This document shows, in pieces, positions 44,532-54,727 of a DNA stretch of 64,000 nucleotides (position 1 is its first letter; every line of letters starts with the position of its first letter). The notes under the pieces are model-generated. The model saw nothing but the letters and a program-made list of their open reading frames with translations. It made no database searches and was not told the origin of the DNA. Location of the stretch: positions 41,066 to 105,065 of the IMG/VR virus record IMGVR_UViG_3300020122_000155; one strand, written 5' to 3'. Source of the DNA: a virus. The translations under genes and the position numbers were made by a program.

Positions 44532-45680
44532 TCATACTTCTGTGTTCTGTGGAGAAGAAAATCCGAGACTTTTCAAATGCGTCGCTAATTCTGGTGGTAA
44601 ATTGTCATGATTCCCGAAATTCCGAGCGATAAGAGGAGCGTAATTAGCCCGTTTTGCTGGACTTGCCGCCGATGCCACCGCGAGAAGCTGGTCATTCGGC
44701 AGATCCTCAGCATCCTCCGGCTCTGGTAAAGATTTGTCTATGGCAGAACTTACCTCGTCGTGCGTTAAATGTCCGGCGTCCACTGCTTTTTGCGCAACAG
44801 CCTTAATTCTCCCGAAATTTCCGGGGTGGATCGTCTGAGCGTACTGGGCAATCTTGCCGAGCGCGTCTTGTGCCTGAGATCCTTTATCTGGGATATTGAA
44901 CGGCGTCGAGCCATGGCGGATTAGATAAACACCGGGAGCGAGTGGAGCTTTGTCGTCCAAATCGACATCAGAAATTTCCCATTCCCCTTGCTCATCGGGG
45001 AAAAGACGAGACACTGTTCCGGGAGCCTCGGATTTCTTGTCCATTTCTCCCGGCTTGATCGAAAAATCGTCCGGTGCCCCGTTAGCGAGCCACCCTTTCG
45101 TCAACTTAATTACTGAGGAGTGAATCGGAACACCAATTTTCGCGGTTGGATTTTCCGCTAGGCTCTGCATGACCCCGCGAATCGCCGGGAGCGCGCGCAT
45201 CCTATACTGATCGAATGATTCTCCTGGCCGCGTCGTGATTGCGCCCTGCCCTGGAATCACAGCACGGGGATTCTTTCGGATGAGGTCACGGATTTGCGCC
45301 TTTACCGCCTTCTCGGGTTGCCCCTCCAGGTTCCCCTGCGCCCAGGACTCTAGGCCCTGATCCGTGCTCACTGGCGGCGTTTTGGGATCGGCAGCAGCCA
45401 CTTCCTGCGCGGTTTGTGCAGTTCGAACGGACGGACTCGCTACGATCTTGTCTAAGCCGCCCTTCGCGGCGAGCTTTTGCCCGGTTTCCTGGACTTGCTC
45501 AACGCCTTCGGGAGAAAGGGCGTCTTCCGTGCTTGACCCCCGGTTTATGTCAATCCCCGATGCCGCCATCGCCGCCGTTTCTTGCGGTGTCGGCGGCGGA
45601 GCGTTGGGATCTACCTTGGGCGCAGTTTTCCTTGCGGCGCGCGCATTCTTGCGTTCAAATTTCGACCGTTTGATTGCCAT
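44532..45680 (-). CDS. histidine phosphatase superfamily protein, circularly permuted
   Basis: D.LSPEG.EQ, ASP..RT.QTA, G.LEG, GESF and IH motifs all precede VYLIRHGST.FN. Confidence 0.8.
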   Translation of the reverse strand: MAIKRSKFERKNARAARKTAPKVDPNAPPPTPQETAAMAASGIDINRGSSTEDALSPEGVEQVQETGQKLAAKGGLDKIVASPSVRTAQTAQEVAAADPKTPPVSTDQGLESWAQGNLEGQPEKAVKAQIRDLIRKNPRAVIPGQGAITTRPGESFDQYRMRALPAIRGVMQSLAENPTAKIGVPIHSSVIKLTKGWLANGAPDDFSIKPGEMDKKSEAPGTVSRLFPDEQGEWEISDVDLDDKAPLAPGVYLIRHGSTPFNIPDKGSQAQDALGKIAQYAQTIHPGNFGRIKAVAQKAVDAGHLTHDEVSSAIDKSLPEPEDAEDLPNDQLLAVASAASPAKRANYAPLIARNFGNHDNLPPELATHLKSLGFSSPQNTEV

Positions 45681-48600
45681 TATGGAGGCGGCATCCTTCC
45701 GCTGATTGGTTGTCCGAACACCGGCCTAGCTGGGGCAGGTGGTGCTGATTCTGCCGCCAACTTCGCAGCGTCACGCGCAGCCTTTTGCGTTTTTGCGTAC
45801 TCAAAAGCCTGCTCTAACGCCTCAGCGGGCGTCGGCGGTTCCGTTGGCCGAGCGAAAAGAGATGGTGGAGCGCTGTATTCGCGCGCGTCCTCAGCATATC
45901 GGGCTAGCGCCTCTGTCAATTCGCGTGTCGGGATCTGCTGGAAGCGCTTGGCCATCGTCACAACGTCGGGCGGGAACTCTTGCCCGAGCAATCCACCCTG
46001 CTTGAGATAGTTATCAATGCCCTTGTAGCCCTGTGCGCGCGTTTCCTCGATCAAATCCATTGCTTGATGGATTTTGGGCGTGATATTCCACTCTCCCGTT
46101 TCTGGATTGTCGATGCTGGCGAGATTTGCCGCTGATCGCTCGATTTTGTTCGTAATCTTGGGCGAAATCGTGTCGAGTTGCGCTGGATCGCGGAAGAACC
46201 GGCCCAATAGAAGCTTCGAAATGCGAGTCTGCCCATCTTTCGTGAGCACGTCATCCTTGGCATACGCCGCACGCTGCTGTGGCGTGATAACGCCGTCATC
46301 GATCAGCTTGTCCAGTACCTCTGTGCCGTTCTTCCCTTGGAGAAGTTGCGCCAGAGTCGTTCCCTCGCCAGCTTCATCGAGTCGCGCAGAGAGATCGTTG
46401 AGCGTACCGAGCGAAACCCGGCGCGAATCGGAGATTGCTTGCTCCGATGGCTTCAGCGCCGCCGTTCCGGTCTTGTTGAAATCCGTAATCGCGTGCCCCT
46501 TATTGACGATATCCTGATCGGAAATCTCGCGCACGAGCACCGGTTGCTTCATTTGCGCGATGGCTTGGGGGTCCTGTCCGTACTGCGCCGCCTTTTTCAT
46601 CAAAAGCGAGCGATATCCGAACGCATCCTTTGGGTCAGCGGCGTACACGCGATGGAGTTGCATCGTGCGCCCGTTTCCGCCGAGAGCGTTCCCTTGGCTG
46701 TCGATCAGGATTGGGCCATTGGCGGCATCCGGGTTGTCCGTGATGTGCAGGGACGGCTTGAAAAGCCCCTTGGTCGATTGAGAAGCGACTTTATTGCGGT
46801 CGCTGGAACTCGTATATGTGCGGTCGTTCTTGAGCGAGTACTTCGGATTCGGCTGGAACGTGTTCCCGTTGTGCGAAGCCTGGATGTCAACTAGTTCACG
46901 GACTTTGTACTGCGCTGGGAAGCTACGGCCTTCGCCGGGGATGAGGACTTCCGTAGTCGCTGGAGAGCTTGCGTCGAAGCTTGCTGGATTCGCGCCATTA
47001 TTCGCTTGCCCTTGTCCTCCGCCTTCAACTCCGGCAGCGGGTTGAGCGGCTTGGGCTCCGGCGCTTTCACCGGGGACTTGACCGATGGCGCTAGGGGTGC
47101 TCCCGGTGGCGGCATGTTCTGGCGAAACATTTGACGGATTCAGTATATCACCAGCGGCGGCTGGCGCAACCGGCTCCGCGTAAGCCAACGGCGCGTTGTC
47201 TTCTTGACGGACAATCGGACGAGCTTCTGGCTGTCGCACTTGCTGACCAGGAGCCTCGTCTAGATACATCGCCGGATTACCGTCTTCTTGTAGGGCAACG
47301 CGGCGACCGTTTAAAACCCCTTCGCGCATCGCTGGCGCTTCGGCTGGACGATTCGCCTTTGCGATTACCTGCCCAAAGTTTCTCGCCGCGCTTGGCGCAT
47401 CGGTCGTCCTGAAACGAGTTTGCGGCGTCTGCGACTCGCTCGAATAACTTACAATCTCGCCGGTCTCCGGGTCCACAATCGGCATCGCGTTCGTGACGCG
47501 CATTTGAGGCGCAGCGAGCGGATCGCCACCGACCGGCTGCATTTGTTGCGGGGGTGGAGGGAGGCTGCGGGCAGGCGGGAGTGTCCCAGGGCTTTGGCCC
47601 GGAGGGGCCGACTCGGTAGTGTAATATCCACCGCTGGGGGCAGTTGGATCAGTTACCCAGCGCGCCGTCGAAACATTGATCCCGCTGGGTTCTTCCATCG
47701 GCGAGACGGGCGGCGGCGGGGCTTCACCCGGCATCTTGATTGTGGGCGCTGGCAGTTGGCGCTCAGGCGGGATTCCCTCATTGCGAACACGCAGTCCTTG
47801 CGGAACAGTTGGCGGAATTGGACCGCTCGAATCGGGCGCGGCAGGCATTCTGACCGATCCTGGACCGAGCAAGCCAGCGGGAGGCGCGGCGGTCGGCATT
47901 GAAACCGGAGCGGGAGTAGGACCGCTGTAGTTATCAAACCCTTTCTTGATGAGCGCGTTGGTGGTTTGCTGTTCTTTGACGTATTTCGCCGCCGCGCGCG
48001 CGGCGAGGGCTCCGCCAATATCAACAGCAGCGCCAACTGGATTATGGGTTAAGCCTTTTATTAACCCTCTGCCCATTTGCAGACCAGCGCCGACCTTTCC
48101 GGCCTGTTCCATCAGGTTGTCGGGCTGCTGCCGTGCCGCGACGTTGCTTCTGCGTTGAAGCTGATCTTCGATGTTCATTAAAGCGCCGTAGCGACGCTTC
48201 AGTTCTGCCGGAGCCGCACCTTCCCCTTCGGGATCAATGGATTTGTAGATTGCATCGCGATATGCGCGAGCTTCTCCCTCTAATCCCGCGACGTATGGGT
48301 CTGAGGCGAGTGCAGCGCGTTGCGCAAGCGGGAACTTCGCATAGTAGGCGCGGAGTTCGGCATTTGTGGTCGCCAAGTAACTCTCAGCGGTTTCGAGCGG
48401 AACCTGCGTTCGGTACTTCGCCGCCGAATCGCGAATCGCCTGTGCCCCTTCGGGATTCTCAAACTCAAACTTGGGAGAAATCCCGGCAATGCGCGCTTCG
48501 GCAATCGGGCTTAGATCGACCTGAGTATTCCGCGCCTTCGCCGGACCCGCCGCCTGCTCGTACTGCTGCCAAATGTTGCGCTTTGCCTGTTGCGCCGCCG

Positions 48601-49471
48601 CAAGCGCGCTATCGACATCCTCGATTGGCCCCGTCTGCATCTCCGCAGCGACCTTCATCTCGGGGACTGCTAGGTGTAGATCGTCGGCGAAACGAAGGTT
48701 TGAGTTCCCCGGCTTAATGCCGCGCATCAGACTGTCGTGCCAATCAACCGGAAAGACCTTCTTGCTCGCCGCTGTTGCCATATCTCCGACAGCACTCTTG
48801 GCTTTGCCGACAACCTTCCCGACCGCCGTACCTTCCCCGGCACCAAGCGCAGCCCCAGCAGCGCCTACGACTGCTTTCCCGAGCGCACCAGCAACGTTCG
48901 GTGCGCGAGTTGGTCCGACTTGCCGAGGAGAAGCCGGTTCACCAACGGCAGTCTCAGCAATGTCCGCCGCCATTGGCCCAACTCCAGGAGTGAGTGCCGC
49001 AAGCCCATGCCCAGCAGCTTCGGAATAACGCCCCTGCTTCGCATAATCGACGGCCTGATTGAACTCATTGACATGTGATCCGATAACAGCATCGGCGACG
49101 CGCCCCTGCGGTCCCTTAACGGCATAGTTGGCCGCTCCGAGCGCAGCTTTCCCAAGGTTCCCCTGCATAACATCCGTTCCGATGTTCCCAAGTTCTTCCG
49201 TTCCAAGAGCACGCTTTGCTACCCCCGAGGCGGCATCCCAAACGCCGCCAAGAAAGCGACCGGCTGCGCTCCCCTGATCTTGCATGTATTGCGGATATTT
49301 TTGCTCAAGGGTAGACTTTGTGTCGGAAGCGGTCCCTGAAGGTGGCTGAAAGTGAGTAGATCGAACCTGATCCGCGAGAGCGGCATAGTCCACTGGAGAA
49401 GACGCAGAAGTAGCGGACTTCTGGCGAACTTGGTCCGCGATGGCGCTGTAATCAATAGCAGGGCTACTCAT
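45680..49471 (-). CDS. large internal virion/ejection protein with C-terminal DdrB-like ParB domain
   Basis: A/G/P-rich N-terminus with DY.A.ADQVR repeats; Y.V.EL.DI.ASH, NP.Y, GP.LI....ALGGNGR.M. Confidence 0.75.
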   Translation of the reverse strand: MSSPAIDYSAIADQVRQKSATSASSPVDYAALADQVRSTHFQPPSGTASDTKSTLEQKYPQYMQDQGSAAGRFLGGVWDAASGVAKRALGTEELGNIGTDVMQGNLGKAALGAANYAVKGPQGRVADAVIGSHVNEFNQAVDYAKQGRYSEAAGHGLAALTPGVGPMAADIAETAVGEPASPRQVGPTRAPNVAGALGKAVVGAAGAALGAGEGTAVGKVVGKAKSAVGDMATAASKKVFPVDWHDSLMRGIKPGNSNLRFADDLHLAVPEMKVAAEMQTGPIEDVDSALAAAQQAKRNIWQQYEQAAGPAKARNTQVDLSPIAEARIAGISPKFEFENPEGAQAIRDSAAKYRTQVPLETAESYLATTNAELRAYYAKFPLAQRAALASDPYVAGLEGEARAYRDAIYKSIDPEGEGAAPAELKRRYGALMNIEDQLQRRSNVAARQQPDNLMEQAGKVGAGLQMGRGLIKGLTHNPVGAAVDIGGALAARAAAKYVKEQQTTNALIKKGFDNYSGPTPAPVSMPTAAPPAGLLGPGSVRMPAAPDSSGPIPPTVPQGLRVRNEGIPPERQLPAPTIKMPGEAPPPPVSPMEEPSGINVSTARWVTDPTAPSGGYYTTESAPPGQSPGTLPPARSLPPPPQQMQPVGGDPLAAPQMRVTNAMPIVDPETGEIVSYSSESQTPQTRFRTTDAPSAARNFGQVIAKANRPAEAPAMREGVLNGRRVALQEDGNPAMYLDEAPGQQVRQPEARPIVRQEDNAPLAYAEPVAPAAAGDILNPSNVSPEHAATGSTPSAIGQVPGESAGAQAAQPAAGVEGGGQGQANNGANPASFDASSPATTEVLIPGEGRSFPAQYKVRELVDIQASHNGNTFQPNPKYSLKNDRTYTSSSDRNKVASQSTKGLFKPSLHITDNPDAANGPILIDSQGNALGGNGRTMQLHRVYAADPKDAFGYRSLLMKKAAQYGQDPQAIAQMKQPVLVREISDQDIVNKGHAITDFNKTGTAALKPSEQAISDSRRVSLGTLNDLSARLDEAGEGTTLAQLLQGKNGTEVLDKLIDDGVITPQQRAAYAKDDVLTKDGQTRISKLLLGRFFRDPAQLDTISPKITNKIERSAANLASIDNPETGEWNITPKIHQAMDLIEETRAQGYKGIDNYLKQGGLLGQEFPPDVVTMAKRFQQIPTRELTEALARYAEDAREYSAPPSLFARPTEPPTPAEALEQAFEYAKTQKAARDAAKLAAESAPPAPARPVFGQPISGRMPPP

Positions 49472-51543
49472 TTATGTTGTAGGGCGTTAATCTGGCGCTG
49501 AAATTCGTCGGCTTGAGCCTTAGTATCGAACGGATGTGTCGATCCATCGGGCGCTACTACCGTAAATTTTGATTTTGAAAGATCCGTCTTCCCCTGTGGA
49601 GCGTTCATCCCAGGAACGCCCTTCTCTAATCGACTGACCACCTGCTCGAATTTATTAAGCTGTTCCTGCATGTACTGCGTTGACGGACTCTTGCCGCTCG
49701 GGATCGTGTGGCGAATCGCATCGCGCATATCCATCGCGCCTTGGCCCATCCCGGCGAGACTTCTGATCGCCATCGCATTTTCGGACAATTGCGCAATCGC
49801 CTGGACCGCCTCTTGCTGTTGCGGCGTCATCGCTTGCGCTACTTCGCCCCTTAACCAAGTTTGAAGCGCGCTGTGGGGATCTGTGTCGCCCAGCGCGAGC
49901 GCCAACTGCGCGCGGGTGGTAGCATCCATTGTTCCGAGCCCCTGAATGGCCTTGCGCGCCGTCCCGATGTTGTAGTGCAAGTCTTGGAAGATCGCATTTT
50001 TGCTCATCGCGCGACTGCCAGCCCCAGCCGGAGCATAAAGGCCAGGATTGCGATTGATTTCCTCTGGATTCCTAAATTCTAATTCGCCAGTCTCTTTGTT
50101 AATGACCTGCTGTTCGCGACCACCGACAGAAACCTGCATCCGCTGAACTCCAGCCGTAGTTGTCGATGCCGGAGTCGGATTTGTAGCGAGATACCCGAGT
50201 GCCGCAGACTTTTCATCTGGGTCGAGATGTGTTGATCCTTGGATTGCGTGGTGCAGCGCGGTAATGTCGGTGTTCGCCTGTGCTGGGAGTTCTCCCGCCG
50301 CCGCTAGTTTGGATAGCGTCGATTGGAACGCCAATTTGGGACCTTCTGCTTTATTCTGTCCCTTTGCCCCTTCCTTTTGAATCTCTGTCAACGCCTTCGT
50401 CGCATTCTGGAACTCGCTGTGAGAGATCGGATCGCCCTCTTTCGCTCCGGGCAGGAACGGCAGAAGCGCAGCCGGTGCCGGACGCCATGCCGGAGGAACA
50501 ACAAAAACAAATCCTGGACGCTCAGGGTCGGGGATCGCTTCATATCCTGGTGGCCTTGGCTCGAAGGACTGCTGGTATGTGGCGTCAGCCTCACGACCCT
50601 TTAACCGGTCGGCAATAAACTTACGATTACGCTCGGACGTTTGAGCCTTGAGCCGATCCTCGATGGTAAGGCGCTGATTCTCACGCTTGTCCGCGTAGTC
50701 GGCAGCGAGCCCGCGTTTCTGCTCCGCCGTAGCCTCTTTTGCTTCGATGTTAGCAGCGGTGCTCGCAGCGGTATCCTCTTCCTTCTGCCGTTTCTCAAGA
50801 TCGGCTTGCTCCGCCAGATATGCAGCGTTCTGTGATGCCCACTTCGGATGAATAAGCTGATTCGCAATAGGACCAAACTTCGTCATCGACAATACGGCCA
50901 ATCCAAGACGCTGTGCCCAGTTGTTCGGTGCAGCGTCGGGACGTTTTAGCGCGGCCAATTTGTCGGCGGCGGACTGAGCTTCTGGCTTTGCAGCGGCGGG
51001 CGAGGTTGCTCCAGGAACTAGCGCCCCGGCTGGGAGAGTCTGCGTATTCGCTGAGGTCGCGGGACTCGCGGCAAACGCGCCCTGCGGAATTGCCTGACTT
51101 TCTGGCTGCACCGCTTCGGGATGATCGCGGAATGCTTCAGCCGCTCCAAGCGCGCCTGGGATTACGGTTGGGCTTCCATTCAGCGGCGGCAGCGCTACAT
51201 TGCTTGCGCCAACTTCGGCGTTCGTTGATCCACCGGGCGGCGGCATTCGGGCAGACTTGTCCTCTTTTGCGAGCGCACGCAGTCCGCGATAGCCTGTCTT
51301 CTCGGTGGGTAGGTCTACTCTTTGATTGTCGATTTGTCGTTGCTGCGAAGTGTCGTCAAGCGATAGCGGACGAATGTCATCGGGCTCCGGGGAAACTGGG
51401 TTTGGAGACTGTGCGGATGACTCCAAGGCATTAGGATTAAAAGCGTCGTCCTCGTTTAATTCTGGACTCAGTACGCCAGGAGACACGACCGGTTGCCGAC
51501 CGAATTGACTTCGATATCTTGACGGAAACGCCAATAATGCCAT
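49468..51543 (-). CDS. internal virion/ejection protein
   Basis: Low-complexity helical protein within the ejection gene cluster. Confidence 0.7.
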   Translation of the reverse strand: MALLAFPSRYRSQFGRQPVVSPGVLSPELNEDDAFNPNALESSAQSPNPVSPEPDDIRPLSLDDTSQQRQIDNQRVDLPTEKTGYRGLRALAKEDKSARMPPPGGSTNAEVGASNVALPPLNGSPTVIPGALGAAEAFRDHPEAVQPESQAIPQGAFAASPATSANTQTLPAGALVPGATSPAAAKPEAQSAADKLAALKRPDAAPNNWAQRLGLAVLSMTKFGPIANQLIHPKWASQNAAYLAEQADLEKRQKEEDTAASTAANIEAKEATAEQKRGLAADYADKRENQRLTIEDRLKAQTSERNRKFIADRLKGREADATYQQSFEPRPPGYEAIPDPERPGFVFVVPPAWRPAPAALLPFLPGAKEGDPISHSEFQNATKALTEIQKEGAKGQNKAEGPKLAFQSTLSKLAAAGELPAQANTDITALHHAIQGSTHLDPDEKSAALGYLATNPTPASTTTAGVQRMQVSVGGREQQVINKETGELEFRNPEEINRNPGLYAPAGAGSRAMSKNAIFQDLHYNIGTARKAIQGLGTMDATTRAQLALALGDTDPHSALQTWLRGEVAQAMTPQQQEAVQAIAQLSENAMAIRSLAGMGQGAMDMRDAIRHTIPSGKSPSTQYMQEQLNKFEQVVSRLEKGVPGMNAPQGKTDLSKSKFTVVAPDGSTHPFDTKAQADEFQRQINALQHK

Positions 51544-51560
51544 TTATTTTGTTTTCCCCA

Positions 51561-51593
51561 ATAAAAATGGCCGCGATATTACTCGCGACCATT
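51561..51593 (-). terminator. intrinsic terminator-like hairpin
   Basis: AATGGTCGCGA-GTAATA-TCGCGGCCATT followed by TTTATT on the minus strand. Confidence 0.55.
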
Positions 51594-51665
51594 ACCATGC
51601 CTATGGCTAACCACGGCTAACCCAAACTCACCAAGGCATCAACTCGCCTCAGCTTGGCTTGCCGC
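51594..51665. repeat. degenerate 5-bp periodic repeat tract
   Basis: Minus strand GGCAA GCCAA GCTGA GGCGA GTTGA T GCCTT GGTGA GTTTG GGTTA GCCGT GGTTA GCCAT. Confidence 0.5.
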
Positions 51666-51697
51666 CAACGTTAGCATGCCACACTTTGATCCAAAAG

Positions 51698-52282
51698 TTA
51701 CCGATTTACGCCGCTCGGTCTTAAAGGCACGTCGGCTCTTTCCGGCTTATATCTCGCTGAGGCATTCGGGCCGCTTGGCCTTCTCCATCTAGTTTTCATG
51801 CCGAGTCCTTGACCAAGCATCTCGCTACTAACTTTTTGTCCCGGCTGTGACAACAAAGGAAGCACCATCTCGGGCTGATGTTCTCCTACTAATGCGATTG
51901 TTGGCCGCGTCACGACGGCTCCGCTGCCCATCGCCTGAATTCCGTCCATGGACCCGCTGAATTGATCGCCCGCATCGAACGCAGCAGCACCCTGACCGCC
52001 GTAAGTATTGCTCTGCTGTTGCGGATCGCCGCCGACCTCATCCGCATAGCCGATTGGCTGTTGCATTCCTTCATCTTGTCCGGGCGGAGTTAGGGCCGGG
52101 TTCGCTTCCGCGACGGGGCTTCGGTCCATGTGAGTCGCAGGACTTGGATTCGCTGCTTGCTGTTGGGCCTGTCTGTAGCGATTTACGCCGCCTTGAATCG
52201 CCCTGCCGATTCCGCTGCGTTCGAGGCGATGCTGCGCGTAATTCTGCGCCGCCGCTCCGAGCCCTGAAAAGAATGCTCCCAT
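51698..52282 (-). CDS. putative internal virion protein
   Basis: G.VVTRPTIALVGE..PE.V.P motif. Confidence 0.65.
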   Translation of the reverse strand: MGAFFSGLGAAAQNYAQHRLERSGIGRAIQGGVNRYRQAQQQAANPSPATHMDRSPVAEANPALTPPGQDEGMQQPIGYADEVGGDPQQQSNTYGGQGAAAFDAGDQFSGSMDGIQAMGSGAVVTRPTIALVGEHQPEMVLPLLSQPGQKVSSEMLGQGLGMKTRWRRPSGPNASARYKPERADVPLRPSGVNR

Positions 52283-54118
52283 TTATGCGGCCTCCGAGTA
52301 TTGGAATGCTGGATCACCATCTTGCGGCTGCTGTTTTCTCTTATTGTAAGGAGTCCCAACAGGGCCGACCCACTCCGGTCCCTTTTCCGCAATTAAATGG
52401 ACTTCCGGTTCCGTCACCACGTCGCCTTTGGCTGACAAGAACGCGCCAGCCATGCTCGTGATGTCCTTGATCACGCTAGGCTGATTGGTCTTCATATTAC
52501 CGGCTGCGGCAGTCGAGGCATTCAGCCCACCCGTCTGCGTTCCGTAAGCAGATTGCTGTGCGCCCATCGCCTGTTGTCCGCCTTGCTGATTGTACTGCTG
52601 CTGACCGGCGACGCCTGCACGATAAGCATTCTGCCCAGCGATCTGCTGATTGCCAACCGCCTGCGCGCCGCCTGAAGTGAGTTGAGCGCTTCCGGTTCCC
52701 TGATTGTACTGAGTCTGGTTGACATTCGCCTGCGTCGCCTGACGATTTCCAGCGAGTTGCGCCGCGCGCGCCGCCGCCAACTGTTCGGCGGTTGCCTGCG
52801 CTCCGTACTGCTGATTCGTCATCGTGTCTTGCTGATTGATCGCGGTCTGTCCATACTGATTCGCGGCGTTGATTCCCGCTTGCCCGTAGGTGTTCGCCGC
52901 ATTGATCCCAGCCTGCCCTACGTTCTCCGCAGCACCAATGCCCTGAACGCCTGCGAGTTCGGCGGCACTCAAACCCTGCGTACCGGCCAAAGCCGCCGCC
53001 GCCTGCGCCTGCGATTGTTCGGTCGTCGCCGCGCCAGCCCGAAGTCCGGTTGCCGTCTGAACTGCGCCCTCGCGCTGAGCCTCGATCTGCGCTGCGCGGG
53101 TCTGCTGCGCCTGTTTCGCGGCGATCTCCGCGTTCGTTTCCGCTTCCCCTTGCTGAGAGGCTTCCTGCGTCTGCAATCGCGCATTGGCCGCTGCAATCGC
53201 TAGCGGAGACGTATTCCCAGCAGCAGCCGCATTCCGCTGAAGCTGATCCTCTGCCGTCCGGTAAGAATTTCCGACAGTCGTCCCGGCTGCGGTCTCCATC
53301 TCCTGAACGTCGGCATCGGTCAACTGCCGTTCGGTGTTGTTCGGATCGAAGGCCAATCCTGGATTGTTGACAGCCGTGTCGAGCTTCGAAAAGCCGGACT
53401 GCGCACCCTGCAAACCAGAGGCAAGTTTCCCGACCGCCGCACCGGTCCCCGTATTCAGAGTGTCGAGCGCTCCCTTGGTGTAGTTGGAATAATTCCCGAC
53501 TTGCCCAGACAGATTCTCTCCGTAAGCGCCGACTTGCGCACCGAGATTGGCTCCGTAGGAATTAAGCTGATCACCCTCGTTCTGAGTGCCTGTGTACGCC
53601 GCCTGAAGCGGCCTGTTAGGATCTCCCGCGATGCCTCCCTGCTCGCCTTGCGTCAGGAATTGCGAATTGAGCGCCCCCGGCGTCGTGTTGTACTGACTGT
53701 AATCGACGTTGATTTGGCCAGCCTGTCCAGGCGTGTAACCAGGATTCTGCTGTAGCTGTTTGAGAGCTTGAGCTTGCGCCTGATCGTATGTCGCCTGTTG
53801 AGGTCCATAGTAAGCGAGTTCTCCCTGCGCTTCCTGATTCAGTTGTTGGCCCTGTTGATTGATGTACTGCTGGTTGTTGTATGCCTGTTGAAGAATGTCG
53901 TTCTCGTCGTTGCCGGTGCCGCCCTGCCCGACATTGCTCCAAGTAGGATTCGCAACGGATGTAGGATTTGGCGCATTGCCGTAAACGCCGCCATAGGGCG
54001 AATTCGGCGGATTCAGAATCGAGTTCGGCGGAGTCAGAGCGGAGTCCTGCATCGCCTGCGGATTCTGCGATGCCAAGAATTGAAGATAGCTCGAATACGG
54101 GGTTGCGGCTGCGGCCAT
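52283..54118 (-). CDS. Q/A/G-rich ejection (pilot-like) protein
   Basis: Composition and position typical of podoviral ejection proteins; AAGGAG RBS. Confidence 0.75.
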   Translation of the reverse strand: MAAAATPYSSYLQFLASQNPQAMQDSALTPPNSILNPPNSPYGGVYGNAPNPTSVANPTWSNVGQGGTGNDENDILQQAYNNQQYINQQGQQLNQEAQGELAYYGPQQATYDQAQAQALKQLQQNPGYTPGQAGQINVDYSQYNTTPGALNSQFLTQGEQGGIAGDPNRPLQAAYTGTQNEGDQLNSYGANLGAQVGAYGENLSGQVGNYSNYTKGALDTLNTGTGAAVGKLASGLQGAQSGFSKLDTAVNNPGLAFDPNNTERQLTDADVQEMETAAGTTVGNSYRTAEDQLQRNAAAAGNTSPLAIAAANARLQTQEASQQGEAETNAEIAAKQAQQTRAAQIEAQREGAVQTATGLRAGAATTEQSQAQAAAALAGTQGLSAAELAGVQGIGAAENVGQAGINAANTYGQAGINAANQYGQTAINQQDTMTNQQYGAQATAEQLAAARAAQLAGNRQATQANVNQTQYNQGTGSAQLTSGGAQAVGNQQIAGQNAYRAGVAGQQQYNQQGGQQAMGAQQSAYGTQTGGLNASTAAAGNMKTNQPSVIKDITSMAGAFLSAKGDVVTEPEVHLIAEKGPEWVGPVGTPYNKRKQQPQDGDPAFQYSEAA

Positions 54119-54146
54119 TTTTGGAAGACTCCTTTTTAACGAACGC

Positions 54147-54719
54147 TTACACGAGTGGATTAGATTTCTTAGCGGGGACCTCGGGCCTGCCCGGAGCTTG
54201 CTGATCGTTCATCGGCGAACCCGGAGGGGTCATTCGAGGCCGAGCCTGCTCATTCTGCGGACCTTGAGGGGATTTTGGAGGTTCAGGAGCGCCCCATCGC
54301 TGTTCCCCGGATGGCCCACCCGGTTTGTAATTGTTGAAGCCGAGATTTGCTTGGCCGATTTGTTGATCGCCACCCTGTTGCAGCGGCGGGCGATCTGGCA
54401 TAACCTGATTCCCGCCCATCGGCGGTCCCATTTGCGGTCGCGGCGGCGGCATCATGTTCGGCCTGCCCATTGCGGCACCCTGAGCTATCCCTGGAGTTGC
54501 CGGAGCGCCCGGTTGACTCATCGCCATAACCGGGCGCGGCGGCAAGGATGGCATCCCTGTCATCGGCGGAGCGCTCGACGGCATCCCCGGTGTATCCGGC
54601 ATGGCAGGTTGCGCCGTAGTGATCGGAGGTTGCCCGACTTGATTCGGCATACCCATTTGCGGCGTCGGCGCGGGCATACGGCTATCGCGGCGCGGCGGGA
54701 TCTGTCCTTGAGGCGGCAT
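54147..54719 (-). CDS. Pro/Met/Gln-rich disordered protein
   Basis: Start reassigned to MPPQGQ; fills a gap in the operon. Confidence 0.55.
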   Translation of the reverse strand: MPPQGQIPPRRDSRMPAPTPQMGMPNQVGQPPITTAQPAMPDTPGMPSSAPPMTGMPSLPPRPVMAMSQPGAPATPGIAQGAAMGRPNMMPPPRPQMGPPMGGNQVMPDRPPLQQGGDQQIGQANLGFNNYKPGGPSGEQRWGAPEPPKSPQGPQNEQARPRMTPPGSPMNDQQAPGRPEVPAKKSNPLV

Positions 54720-54727
54720 TGCTGGAT

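Noticed and set aside
51594-51665. CRISPR array
   Set aside because: No identical 23-47 bp repeats with spacers; no cas genes anywhere in the window.
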